Shown here piece after piece: positions 14,620 to 28,180 of a DNA stretch of 64,000 nt. The translations under genes were made by a program, and so were the position numbers. Position 1 is the stretch's first letter. Each line of letters starts with the position of its first letter. The notes beneath the pieces were generated by a model that was not told the origin of the DNA, did not search any database, and worked only from the letters and a program-made list of their open reading frames with translations. This DNA is from Camelus dromedarius (taxonomy: Eukaryota): NCBI RefSeq assembly GCF_036321535.1, contig NC_087437.1:84694001-84758000 (forward strand), in the 5' to 3' direction.

Positions 14620-14890
14620 CAAGTTACCTGTGTATACAAACTTATTTGGAAATAGGATCCTTGAAGATGTTATCAAGTTAGGACGAGGTTATTCTTTATC
14701 AAGGTGGGCCCAATTCCAATATGACTGTGTCCAAACAAGTGGAGAAGAAACACAGAGACACACAAGGAGAAAGTCAAGTGACAAAGGAGGCAGAAATTGA
14801 AACGATGAGTCTACAAGCAAAGGGATGCCAAGAGTTGTTGGTAAACACCAGAAACTAAGAGAAAGATGCTGGGAAATATTCTTGACATCT
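14620..14890 (+). mobile_element. MaLR LTR fragment (MLT1B/C-like); head likely at 13973-14012
   Basis: cttatttggaaatagg...gaagatgttatcaagttag...gaggcagaaattg...caaagggatgccaag...caccagaaactaagag. Confidence 0.75.
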
Positions 14891-15457
14891 TGCAAAGTTT
14901 AAAGGTTTGCAGTTGTGATAGCCCAAGTTACTGGACCATTTTTGAGGTGCTTTTACTTTTGATATAGCATATTCAGACCTCTTAATTTCTGTATTCTCTT
15001 TCATGTTGTTCATTGAACCCTGATGTTCTAGACAGAGTCTAGACTCTCTTGAGAGAAAGAATTTCTTAGGTTTTCACTCCCTGTCTGGAATTGCTTAGGT
15101 CTGAGAATTTGTTTCTCTAGGACTAACTTAGCCCTGATATCCAAGGTCCCTCCTGCTATGAAATCAGCCTCAGCAGATGGCTGAAATTCAGCTGTTGTTA
15201 AAGTTTCTGAAGTTTGGGTCCCTGAGAACCTGGCTAGAAACAATGCTTAAGATTGTGTGATCATGAGAATGCTGCCTGGAACATTTAGTGGTCCTGAGCC
15301 TTGGACAGCATTTTTGAAAATGTCAGATTTTCTTCTGCACTACTGAGTTATGCCTCCAGTATTTACTTTTCATCTGTTATTTCCCTATTCCTTTCAGGAA
15401 CTTGTAAGTAAGATTCTGATAATTTATTTCACTCAAGTTGGTTCATTTTCTTTTCTA

Positions 15458-15562
15458 GATAAGTTCACATACAATTTGTCTAAACCAGAGAAGTTCTTGA
15501 GAGTGACGGGGCAGCAGGCATAACCATGACTACGCTTGGCTAATCAAGTTCTTAGTCAATCG
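15458..15562 (+). mobile_element. MER94-like hAT-Blackjack MITE
   Basis: catacaatttgtctaaaccagagaagttcttgagagtgacgggg...caggcataacc resembles the MER94 consensus as recalled. Confidence 0.55.
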
Positions 15563-15865
15563 CACAACGTCAGGGGCCAGCATCTTTGCTGGAATTGACA
15601 TTCTTTCTTCATTTTAGTATCTCTCTACTTGTAGCTCTCTTATATTATTTTCTAAAATATTTTCCCAAATTTTATATTTACAATTGTATATAGAAGATAT
15701 GTATGTATACATGAACATATATGTAATACATGTATACATAGATACATATATTCAGCCCTTTAATATCTACTAAAATCACTTACTGTTAAAAAAATATTGT
15801 CCATCTTCACCTACCTCATTTTGCATAACTTCAATAGACTTTCCCAATGGACCTATATCCCAGTA

Positions 15866-16411
15866 TGACTGCCATTTGTCTGTTTGCCCTCAGATTCCCC
15901 ATTTCCTTTTTCCTGCTCTACACTCTGTAGTAGTGGGGTGACTTCCACCTGCTACATTTACCAGAAGTCCTTGTATCCTGGCTTCTGATTGGCTTCAGTG
16001 AATAGAAGTCAGTGAAGAGAATTTGGCAGGAGAGAGGAAGAGAGGCCAGAGGACTTTGTTCTCTCTGTAGTCCCAAATAATGTATGTGTAGCTTTTCTTG
16101 GTGGTCTAAGCTTCTACACTTTCTTGAGAACCCTCAGCTCTAGCTCCAGACTTGTGACTCTTTCTTCACAGGCCAGCTCCTGCCTGATGCCTCTCCACAT
16201 CAGGACTTGTTTCTGGAGCTGTCTCACCGTACTGTGCGCCAGTACCATTTGCTCCCTCTGCCCATCCAGACTTAAAGTTGATAGCAGCTTCCTGTTATAT
16301 TTACTTCACCTGTTTCTTTTTCATCTCTGCCAACAAACTTGGAACTAGTTTCTTATTTAAAAATTTCCCATCTGTTCATGGTGCTATTTTTCTAAATATA
16401 CCCTAATATAC
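15866..16411 (+). mobile_element. ERVL solo LTR (LTR33-like)
   Basis: tttgccctcagattcccc...ccttgtatcctggcttctgattggcttc...ggcaggagagaggaagagaggccag...ccctaatata follows LTR33 motif order. Confidence 0.65.
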
Positions 16412-16465
16412 TCAGAAACAATCTCTTAAAAAACAAACTGGCTCACATTTCATAATTCTCATTGG

Positions 16466-16705
16466 GGTGTGCAGAATTCTAAAGTGGCTCTCAAAGTTCC
16501 TGCTCTCAGATATGCATCCCCTCTCCTTGAATGTGGATGGGGCTTGTGAATATAATGGAATAGCACATCCATGGTTTGTTTAAGTTAAATGGCCAAAGAT
16601 ACTTGCAGATGTGATTAACTTTCCTTTATCATTGACTTTGAGTTAATCAAAAGGAACTTTCTGTGGGTGGGCCTGCTGTAATCAGGTGAGCCCTTACATG
16701 GGGAG
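16466..16705 (+). mobile_element. MaLR LTR 5' fragment (MLT1E/F-like)
   Basis: gcagaattctaaagtggc...ccttgaatgtggatggggcttgtgaatataatgg...gcagatgtgattaa...ttgactttgagttaatcaaaagg. Confidence 0.75.
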
Positions 16706-19334
16706 TTACGATTTTACTTTTTATGATAAACACATTAAATCTTTGGACATTTATATTTTTGAAGTATGTTTCAGTTGCTCCGTGAAGGTAGGGTAAAAGA
16801 TCACAGTGTTAATATTTCTAAATAAAATAAAATTTGATTCCGGCAGTTTTGATTTTGGTATTCCAATCTCAGTCATTTTATATGGGCACTAACCCCAGGA
16901 ATTTCAGAAGAAACTGAGGACCTGTGAAAAAATATTGAAGACAGGGCTCTGGTATATTTGTAGCCACTGCTACCTAAACTTGACTGATCCAGTAAGGTGG
17001 GCAATACTCTATTGTTAGAATCCACCTACTACACACCATGCTTGGTCTCCAGGACATTCATTATATCTCTTAAATTTGGCCTTAATATTCAGTCATCAGG
17101 AGGCTGCACAGTCATCGCAGCTCTGCCCGTTGCGTAGGAACAGACCCAGATTTCTCTTTCTCATGGAGTCTTCTGCCCCTCTGTTCTCCTGCAAATCAAA
17201 TCTCTAACCAACGGTCAGGCCATTCTCACCTCTCCTTACTACACAAAAGCCCCCAGTATTTCTGCTTTTTTAAATCTCAATTGGTCTGTGACAATCCTGA
17301 CATCAAACAAATATCTGCACAGGTTAAACTCTCATGATTATAAAAAATGCATTTCAAGTATTTATTTCTTCACATGACTTACTTCTTTTCCAATTTGTAC
17401 TTGTCCATACTCTCTTCTGCTCCTTCCTCAGTGATCTCCTTAATTCTTCTTCTTTGAGGAAAGCATATGGAAAACATACCTATTCCATTCTCCAAGAATT
17501 TAGTTTGGTTTCACCCACTGACCATCCCCATACCCACTGAACTCAAATCAGTATTTATCCTTTGTCTTTATAATGAAGGGCCTCAGACCTATCTTTTTCA
17601 CTGCAATTTAAAAATACACATCTTTTGTAAATAAGGACATCAGTCATTTTTTTTTTTTCTATGTGGTTAGTCCTTTATACTAAACTTCACAGTTTTGGAA
17701 TTATGACATTAATGTTTAGTTATAATTTGACAGCACTGTAATTATTTGGTCATTATGAGTAAGGAATAAATTCTGTCCCACAGTAAATGTAAATTGTTAA
17801 AGATATCCTCATATGAACTCCAGTTACTACTGAGAGTCTTCAAACCCAATGTGCTAATGAATCATGAGAGGATGACTTTCTCAGAAAATAAATGTCCCTG
17901 AAGGTAAAGAAAACTGTTTGCTCTTTTTACATTGTACTAGAAAATTAAACTTCTATGAAGAATTAAGACTATGATATAAATTTTAAAATATATAAATGTG
18001 GAGAGACCCAGATGATATTTAGAACAAACATATTTACTGTGATACAATATTTACAGCAAATAATGTTGAGGCTATAAAATGTTTAAGAAAACAATTGCTA
18101 AAACAAAAACAAAATCAAAGGTAGTTGAAACCAACACTGTGTGACTCAGAGATACAACCTCTTGTCAGTTACATAGTCTTGAAAATGGAAATAAAAGTTA
18201 TGCTATAATAATTATGAGACTTTGATGATAAGAAAAGTTTAAAAAAATTCAAAATGCCTCATGTTTAAAATATTGTAGACTATAATAATGTGATAATACA
18301 AATGCCGTTCACTAATATAAGAACCATTTCACTAACAATGTATCTACTAGTAATCTTGATAAAAGATGACCACTTTTATTTTAGCAAGTCATGTTTTAAA
18401 CTCATTTTTAAAGTCTTCATTCCCCTCCTTACATTATTACCATCATTAGATAATGTTTTAGATGAAGATGCTGTTGAATACTATCTGCAGACTTCTGAAA
18501 TTACGTTTTTCAAAACTGCAGAAATTTAGAGAAAAATCTGACAACCTGCAAAAATGTTCCCTGTCACTTTTCAGAGATGCCTTATAAAATTACAATACCT
18601 TTTAAGATATAAGTATAAAAGCTAGAAATTGGCTAAAAATATCTTTGAGTATAGTGTGACTTCTCTACATCTTAAAATGTACTGATCTCATTGGGATAAA
18701 ATTAAAGTAAATTTTTAAATTAGTATAACATTACACAGCATGCCAGAAAAACACTGTAACAGTCTATATAGTTATAAATGCTCTGTCAGAGACTTGTGTT
18801 TTAAATCAGTATGATGTAAATGGATTATTTATATTGTATAATATTAGGTAGCTTCAACAAAAATCTAAAACACTGAAGCTATTTATTATTTTAAATTGTT
18901 CTGTAGAATAAGCTCCTCAATAGAAATTTATGAAATAGAATACCTATAATTCTCTGAGCCATTCATATACTTTGGGGCTACATAAATAAGGGATATAATG
19001 AGTTAATTAGTAGAAGTTTACAGTCCTATATATTTCCACTCTGTTCACCAGAAAAATACTGGCACTGTATTAAATAATAGCTATTAATCACACTGTGCAG
19101 GGGAATTTTAATGTTTGTGATTTTTGTACTGAATTACAAAATAACAGTTTGAAGGCATTTGATGTGCATTTAATGATATAGTCTGTAGCTTCAAAGAAGA
19201 CTCTTTTGTTATAGAGATTCAATTTTATAAATTATATCATGGTATCTTAGCATGTACATTCTGAAATGAGGGATGCAATCAATTTACTTTCTTACCTACT
19301 TAACTCCTTAAAATTACTTGGCAGACTTTGTAGT

Positions 19335-19520
19335 TACTTGGATTCATACCAACAATTTGACCTTAGCCAAGTTGATTAGATTCTTTACACCTCAGTTTAC
19401 TCTTCAACAAAATGGGAATAATCATATCAGTAGTCTCCTTCAGCTGATGTGAGGGATAAATTGAGTTTCTGCAGATAACCTAGTGACTTATTTAACATGT
19501 GATATTCGATAAGTGCTCAC
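19335..19520 (+). mobile_element. MIR SINE
   Basis: tgaccttagccaagtt...cctcagtttactcttcaacaaaatgggaataat...gtgagggataaattgag...taagtgctca. Confidence 0.7.
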
Positions 19521-19961
19521 TCTCTTTCCGATTTTACTCTGAGACAGTTAAAGGCTTATCAACTGACATTCCTCTGCAGATATTCTAAAAAGAATTCTCA
19601 TAGAGCTATTTATTACGTACACTTTTCATGTGTTTTTTCCGCCAATTTTATGTACTATTATTGAACAGCTGCTTTCTTGGAATGAATATCTCTTTCATTC
19701 TACTTGGTTCATACTCCACACACATTGATGTTCTTTTCATCCTTATCTGTAGACTTTTGAGTGAAGACTGTCTTTCCACTGAAGGCTACTCTTATCTCCC
19801 GAGTTTGTGCCTCTTCCAGAAATTCATTTTCATTTCATGCTTGGCATCTTTATCTTATAAAATTATTTATGTTTATATCTATCCCCCTAAGATTTAGGAT
19901 TTTGAGGGCAATAATACATGCTTTTAATTTGTTTTCATATTCTACTGCCTATTACAAACAA

Positions 19962-21015
19962 CTTTCTTTTGAAGTATAGTTGATTTACAATGTTGTGCTA
20001 TACAGTTTCAGTTATAAAGCAAAGTGATTCAGTTATATATATACACATACATCTATTCTTTTTCAGATTCTTTTCCATTACAGGTCATTACAAAATATCG
20101 ACTGTAGTTCCCTGTGCTATTGAACTACTTGTTGGTTATCTATTTTATATATATAGTAAAGTGTCTGTTAATGCCAAACTCCTATTTTATCTCTCCCCCC
20201 TTTCCTCTTTGGTAATCATAAGTTTGTTTTCTATATCTGTGAAACTGTTTTGTAAATAAGTTTATTTGTATCATTTTTTTAGATTACACATATAAGAGAT
20301 ATCATATGATACATGTCTTTCTCTAATTTGCTTCACCTAATATGAAAATCTCTAGATCCATCCATGTTGCTGCAAATGGCATCATTTCAATTTTTTATGG
20401 CTGAGTTTTATACCACACACACACACATCTTCTTTATCCATTCATCTGTCGATAGACATTTAGGTTGCTTCCACGTCTTGGCTATTGTAAGTAGTGGTTC
20501 TACGAACATTGGGGTGCATGTATCTTTTTGAGTGAGAGTTTTCTCTGGATATATGTCCAGGGATGGGATTGCTGGATCATATGGTAACTATATTTTTCGT
20601 TTTTTAAGGAAATTCCTTACTGTTTTTCTTAAATTGGCTGCACCAATTTAAGTTACTACCAACAGTGTAGGAAGTTTCTCTTTTTTCCACACCCTCTCAA
20701 ACATCTATTATTTGTAGACATTTTAATGATGAACAGTCTTACCAGTGTGAGGTGATACCTTATTGTAGTTTTGACTTTCATTTCTCTAACAATTAGCAAT
20801 GCTGAGCATCTTTTCGTGTGCTTGCTGGCCATCTGTATGTCTTCTTTGGAGAAATATCAGTTTAGGTCTTCAGCCCATTTATTTGATTGGGTTGTTTGGT
20901 TATTTGATATTGAGATCTATGAGCTGTTTATTTATTTTTAGAAATTAATCCCCTGTCAGCTTCATCATTTGCAAATATTTTCTCTTATTCTATATGTTGT
21001 CTTTTTCCTTTGTTC
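19962..21015 (-). mobile_element. 5'-truncated L1 (ORF2 end + 3' UTR)
   Basis: gaagtatagttgatttacaatgttgtg 3' end; ccatccatgttgctgcaaatggc; gggattgctggatcatatggt; gtgtgaggtgatacct; gcaaatattttctc. Confidence 0.92.
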
Positions 21016-21399
21016 ATTAACATGTGTATAATAGAATTAACTCTTTCTGTATACCATAAAATCAGCATAATTTATAAGCAATATTTAATATTAATCTACC
21101 GAGAGTGATTTCTAGATACTAGATAGTAGCAGGTTGGAGATAGTATCCAGCTCTATGACCCTCCACTCTCAATTCCCATCTAACCATCATCTGTGTCTCC
21201 TGTGCTGAGTCCCTAGTGAGGTGAATAGCCAAGTTATGTCAAAACATGTGACACTCAGGAGGCCTCAGACTCTAGTCAGGGTACAGACAGAGGAAGCGGG
21301 AACAGAATGCTTTCCCAAACTAATCCAAAATATGTACTTAATCCTTTCTACTCCTAAGATTGTGAGCACTGATGAGAGTCTTATGAGCAAAGACATTTC

Positions 21400-21830
21400 T
21401 TTCCATTGCTCTGAAGTGAGGACTGGACTCATCAGATGGTTCTGTGCATCTCCTAACCTTTAATGGGTGGCCACTACTCACATGGATGTAAACCCAATGA
21501 AGAAGCAAAGGAAAAAAAAAAACACAACAGTACAGACACAGATCTTGATATTCCAACTGTTGGAAGACACTAAAAACAGCTAGAATATTATTACTATAAT
21601 ATATTTTACTATAACATATAGTAAAAATGCAAAGAAATTGAAATGAAACAACCTGAAAAAATTTCTGAAACAAACACAAAATAAACTCATAAAAAGCCAT
21701 ATGTTTATATCACAAAAGGTAAAGTAGATTATTTGAAGTATAGCAATATAATATAAACATGTAGTAGCTTACACTATCAAGTGGAAAGGGTGTGTCATGG
21801 GTATACAAAAAGGTTGAAAAAATGAAGTAA
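21400..21830. mobile_element. Possible hAT-Charlie-type MITE remnant
   Basis: Terminal gggtgtgtcatgggtatacaaaaaggttgaaaaa resembles a hAT-Charlie end; family not resolved. Confidence 0.3.
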
Positions 21831-24049
21831 CTTTAATAAATAATATTGTGTATATTTTTAGATATTTTCTAAGTATTAATTTACATGTTTTTTCAAAGCT
21901 TTGGTGTTGTCTTACCTTTTTATCCTTATTACATCTATCCTCCCTCTCTCTCTCTTTCCTTCATCACCATTTTTACAATTGTATCATATTAGAATACAGT
22001 ACTTCAAATTATAAAAATATCTATTATACTTATGTTACTAGCAAAAATACATTTCAGATTAATATCCTTTTATATCCTTTGAACCATTGATTATTTGCCT
22101 TGTCAAACTTAAATTTTTTTTACATTACTATTTATATATGCACATCGACTTTAAAGATGCTAGATAATTTCTTACTTATTGTGACAAGAACAAAAGCAAA
22201 TACTATAACAAGTTTTTATTTTTCATAAGAGTATATGTCTGTTGTAATAATTGAGCCATGCTCTTTAATTCTGAATACAAATTTACTCTAATTTTAAAAT
22301 ACAAACCTATAATATTGGAATTTTGTACTATGCTTCCTGTTTATTTGTAACTAGTTTTTTATTTTTGGTAACTTTCCATGGGCCAGTTTTAATGTGGTTA
22401 TATAGTAAATCATTTATACACATTCATAGCAGATGGATTACAATATATTTTTTAAAACAATGTGTTATATATATGGATATTTAATAGTCTACTAAATCTT
22501 GTTACGTATATCTTAAAATATTTATTTTCACCATAGACTGACATTATCACAAAGAATTAAATTGGATTTAGATGCTATATTTTATGTTAAATTAAATCTT
22601 TTGGCAGAAGTATAAGAACTATAAGATTTATTTTTTTAGAATGTCACAGTACATACAGATTAAATACCCACTGGGTCAGTTTTTGTGTTGAAGAGTTGAG
22701 ATAAAATAAAATGAGAAACTATGCATTCTACTAACTTATACTCAGTCAGGTAGCAGGAATGTTGGTTCTACAAAAGATTTGACACAGAGTTCATGCCATT
22801 GTAGTCAAAAATAATGTATAGACTGTTGGAATTGTTAGAGGTTCAAAGCCTTTTGTATTGGATCAATATCAATTCTGAGGGTGTTTAATGCAACTCTGAG
22901 GCTTTATTATGCCCAGCACACAACAAATAAAACCACCATTTTTCTTTATTATTCACAGCAGTTTACTGTTTCATTGCCTAAGTCTATTGCTTTCAAATTA
23001 TTTTCTGAATGTATCTTTGCATAATTAATAATTCCTTAAGACACTTTTATTTAAAAAATTGCTTTCACATGAATTCTACTTTTCCTGTATAATATAAAAA
23101 CAGCTGAAAGCATCTTTTTTAAGAACTCCCTCCATTTTTTTCTTTTTAGTTGATTAATGAGTCCACATCATTAGATAAGCTTAAGCCATGGGTAGAATCA
23201 TCTCTGAAAGTTCTAAAGTGCCCTAAATATAGAAGAGTAAATATTTTAAGCATTATGATTCTGAAATGTAAAAATAGTAAAATTTTATGTTATAAAAAAT
23301 CTATTCTTACTTCTCATGAGCTACTGTCCTACTATGCAGTATGTATTTAGGCTGATTTTGAGAGGGAGTGTGACAATTGAAACCTGCTAATTAATTCTAT
23401 TGATATCTCTTAAAGAGATTTCTCACAAACACTCATTAATTACAAAATTCAGCTTTATCTCATGACCATCCCTTTTATTGCCTTCTTCTTTTGTAAGATG
23501 GAATCCAGATATCTGGCAAAACTTATATGATTCTGAAGATGATATTGGATTTACCTTATCTTTGTTATAGAGTGGTTTGTATCAGTAGGAGTATTTAAAA
23601 CTAGATGTTATATAGTAAAAGGTACATTGGTTCAACATTAAGCAAAGATGATCTTTTTATAGTCAGACCTGAGAGGCTTTGCTACTATTAGATAATTTCT
23701 AATACCTTTTTGATGTCACAATATTATTTGGTAGGAACTAACAGAATGATTTGAATATCAAAATGCTGAAAGCTGTGTCTAAGTTGACTTTAGTTAAGTA
23801 ACAAAGCCATGCTGTTTACGTTTGAAGTAAGTACTATTTGAAGTCATGAAATCATTCATTTATATTGGGGTATATTGAAAGATTTGACTTTTTTCATCTA
23901 TCTCCCAGCAACTCTTCTCAAGTGAAAATGATAATACATTCTTCTTTCTGTGTATTACTGTGTACAGTAATGATCAAATCATACCTTTCTATTCATTTAG
24001 ATTAATTCTTGAAATCACAAAAATCAGTACCTGTGATTTTAACTCTGTA

Positions 24050-24616
24050 TATGACAGGTTTTAAAAATGTCATAAAATTTTTTGGCATCCTTCCCTTGAG
24101 CAATCAGGTTGATGGCCTCTCTCCTTGGATCTGGACAAGACTGTGTAGTTCTAGGTAACAGAGTATGGCAGAATTGATGATAACTTCCATCCAAAGCAAG
24201 GTCAGAAAAGACCATGCATCTTTCTCCCTGGTTCTTCTGGAGTGATCACTCTTAGAAAGCTTTCTCATGGAACACAGATATCATACTGGAAACACCAAGC
24301 CACTGGAGAGTCCACACACTCCACACTCTGAATATTGTCAGCCCAGAGGTGGATGTGCCAAAGTGGAGTCTATCTGGAAGCAAAAGCCCTTGTCCTCAGA
24401 TTTTCCAGCCCCTAGCCTTTTGGTGAATTCCAGCTGTTTGAGTCAAATTCAGTTACTGAGTATTCCCATCTGAGGCCGCAAACATTACACAAAAGAGATG
24501 TCATCCTGCTGTTTTATGTTCTAATTCTTGATCAACAAAATGTTTGAGGCTAATCAAACTGTTATTTTATGTGAATAATTTGTGGTAAATTATTATGTAG
24601 CAACAGCAATCAGAAA
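24050..24616 (+). mobile_element. MaLR solo LTR (MLT1H/G-like)
   Basis: ttttggcatccttcccttgag...acagagtatggcagaa...ggtcagaaaagaccatgc...ttgtggtaaattattatgtagcaacagcaatcagaa. Confidence 0.7.
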
Positions 24617-25489
24617 AATGCACATTTGTAGTTTGAATAAAAATTTGTATAATGTTGTAAGATATGCAATTATTAAAGGAGAGGTTTTTTTCTTATTAAT
24701 GAAACGTCTTTGTTCTTTTAAGAATTTGGAAACTTTCCCAGCTCCCAAAACTCAAATCCTCAAATTATGATTTTTTTTAGTATTGAGATTTGTTTTCAAT
24801 ATCATCTATTAAATAGCATGGTAAAAATGTTCTTATGTATTTGTATTCTATTACTTTGTAGTTTTATATTTGGTCCTAGTTTTACTGGATAGTAATCTTT
24901 CTTACAACAGCATAATAATTTCCCTGCTCCAACTTGTATCAAAACTATATTTATATGATGGATTTCTTATGTGACAAACACTTTATCATTTTAGCACACA
25001 GGCGTTTGACTTAAAATGCTGGTGACTAAATAGATAGCAATGGTTTCTATTCATCGCTCTCTCGATCCACACTTTCATAGGCAGATAAATATTCAGTATT
25101 TCCTTTATAACAGAAGAACTCTGCTTAATGTAACAGTTTATTTCAAGAAAAGGAAAATAACAATATAAATCAAATGCCCACCACTAGACATTTATTTTAT
25201 TGTTTTACTCTTAGAAATTAGTATATGGAAGTTCACATCAATTCAACTAATTCTGTGGAGAGAAATTATTCTCTGTCTACCCACTCATATATGTAATTGT
25301 CCATACATGTAACACACACATATCACCAAATATATATATAAAGCATTCTGTTTATGTTAATTAAAATATATTTTCATAGAATTCATACATATATGCACAT
25401 ATATATATATATACGAATTGTATGTTATTACTGGTATGATTATTTATTCCTAAAATGAGATTCCAAGATGAAGTAATAGATGGTTCTTG

Positions 25490-27765
25490 AGAAGGGTATA
25501 TGATCTTCGTGTGTCACTGGCCTCAGATCAATTAGATGCAGCAAAGCCATTAATAGATGGGTACCCTAAACATGGAAAAAACAATGTTCCATGCTAAGTA
25601 AAGTTGAAGTGTTAGAAATTCAAGGGAAAAAAATGATGGAAGGATTATAAGGCCCAGGAATGTCAGGTACTAGAATGGATATACTATGTATGGTTGGAAG
25701 ACCCACCAGAAGAGTGTGTTCTAAGGGAAAGACCAGACCACATACACATCATTTAACAAATTTATAACAAGTATAGTGGTGAAAATGGCATCAGCATCTC
25801 TTATTAATTCAGTGGTGGTTTTCTTCTGTAAGGCCAAAGCCAACAGTAAGGCCATTTCAGAGCTTACATAATAGAAATGGGTATTTTAAGACCTTAATAG
25901 TAAGGAACAGATTACAGCACTTAATTGCCACAAGCCAGTTAATTGTAATTATTATACTAACTACCCAGGTTCAAGTAGTGACCAAGGGAATATGACTCAT
26001 AGAGAGTTATGGAGTTGGTTAATAGAACCATCTCCCACCTAGGAGTAAGTCAATGGATAGCTGTACCACAAAAATTAAGGACAGATAACCAGAATCCTGA
26101 AGACAATCACTCAAATAAAAATTCATGATTTCCATCCAGGTTTTAAACCTGATCATGGGATTAGACCCAGAATCCATGGGCTGAGGAGGTGGCTCCATTT
26201 TCAAGAAGGACTCCGCAATCCCAAGTCAATTACACATGGAATAAATCCATCAGTACTTCCTCAAAGGGCCTTATGGCAGTTGGGTAACTCTGCAGTGGGG
26301 AATGGGGAATACCTAAACATTGTTATGAACATTGGGAAGTACCAGAGACCTGACATGTCATAATGACCATTCTCTTAGAGTAATAGCACATAGAAGCCAA
26401 CAATAAACTAAGTCTTAGCTGAGGTCTGACTTATGCTGGGTGAACATATAGTTTCTGAACCCAGCTATGGGCATTTTTCTGACTCCTACATATATAATGG
26501 GAATTGACTTAGCTGGTAGTTTACACATCCCCTACATTCTTGATCTAAGGAATAGGAGTGATCAAGTGGAAAAACAAACAAACTAAAAACCTCTGAAACT
26601 AGCTCTCTCTCCAGTCAAGGTAGTAGATAAGCGAAAATAATATTATATGCCTGGATCATAGGGTAATTAGTGTCACCTTACAGACCTAAAGGACATAGAG
26701 GTGGTAATCAGACTCCTATGCGTCCCCTTGTAATTCAGTAGTTAAACTCCTATAGAAACCAAATGAATCATGAAACTTAGCTGTAGACTATTGCAAAAAG
26801 AGCTGAGTAAACAAAGGTAGTGTTTTTGCTAGAGCAGATTAACATAGCCCAGGGGCATGACATTTGGCCATTGATTTAGTGAATATGTTATTTTTCTATT
26901 TCAATCAAAAAAGGTCAGAAACTATGCAATCACATGACATGAACAGCTATATTGACTTAGGTTTATAGTCATGTCAGTTTTTCTGCTTTCTTTCACAATA
27001 TATTCAGAGGTCATCTGGGTACCTTGGGCATATTGCAAAATATCACATTGATTTATTACATTGATGGTATTATTTTGATTGAGTTTTATCAGCATGACAT
27101 GACTAGAATGCTGGAAGATTTGGTAAGACACCTACATTCCAGAGGGTAGGGTGTAAGCTCCATGAAGATTCAGGAACATGACGTATTCTAAAACTATTTA
27201 GGAAATAGGGGTAATCGGGATGTGCTGGGACATCCTCTCCAAAGTTAATGTGAAGTTGTTGTACTTCTTTCACTTGCAAAAAAATCACAACTTTCAAGGT
27301 ACTCAAGGATTTTACTAGTATCTCTCCCTCAACTCAGACCTATGACTGATGGACAGTTCCATATAACCTCCTGAATAAGCAGAAAAATGCCTGAACTTAG
27401 TTGATAGATGGGCCATTTCATTGTATGGATACACATTAAAAAATGACCAGCAGTTATACCATAGCCCACTAAAGGGTGAGCTTGACAGTCAGTATGTAAG
27501 GAAATTCTTTGGGCATTGCACCTGGTTTTCCACTTCTGTGGAACACAGTTAATCAAGGCTAGGTAAACAGTTTTAAGAATAAATAGTGGATGATAGTGAC
27601 AATGAATATCAATTGAAGTACCAAAGCCATTGGCAAAGACTGAGGTCCAGTCCACTAATATCTCTCTATTAGGTCTCCTATCAGAAAGAAGTGTTCAATG
27701 GCATTTTGAGGGACCTGCTGCAGAAACATATATGGATAAGTGGATACAAGTAGCACAGTTGGTGG
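25490..27765 (+). mobile_element. Decayed ERV-L internal region (gag, protease, RT, RNase H remnants; ERV3-16A3/ERVL-type)
   Basis: Manual translation: VLEWIYYVWLEDPPEE (gag, ~25667); DLKDIEVVI and LLEQINIA...AIDLVNM (RT, 26680-26890); NITLIYYIDGIILI with YIDD->YIDG at 27057-27068; LVRHLHSRG...KIQE; RNase H-like segment ~27340-27480; many stops and frameshifts. Confidence 0.85.
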
Positions 27766-27767
27766 AA

Positions 27768-28180
27768 AGAGGCAGACAGGCCAATATGCCCCCCAGATCC
27801 AGCTTCAGGAAAGGGCTTGCTGCCTTGATCTGGGGAATGTGGTCAGCAGATGGCCTTCAACTGTCAACTTCTTTAGAGGCTGCCTCAGCTGCAGAGACTG
27901 GCCTTGTCTGAAGTCACATTTTCTCAAGGAAGCCTAAGCAAGGCAGGCGTCTCAAAGCCTGGCCATTTTTGTCCATCAGGTAAAACCTTGCTGGGTGCTC
28001 CTCTCTCAAGTGCTCCTTCCACAGGTTGACTGAGGCTTTGCCCCGCCTGTATCACAGTTGGGCTTGTTCCTCTTCCCCATTCTTCTTCTTCCCCTTTCTT
28101 TTAAGAGAGATTGATCCCTAATAAATAGTTGGCATCTCAATATTCATCTCAGAGTTGGCTTTCAGGGAAGCCACTGGACA
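27768..28180 (+). mobile_element. 3' LTR of the ERV-L (LTR16-like)
   Basis: Follows a degenerate purine tract ggtggaa; cccagatcc...ttcaggaaagggcttgctgcc; AATAAA at 28120; ends catctcagagttggctttcagggaagccactggaca. Confidence 0.8.

Noticed and set aside
27630..27937. 93-aa and 65-aa ORFs at the ERV-L end
   Set aside because: They span the internal/LTR boundary of a decayed element and show no retroviral protein motif in these frames.
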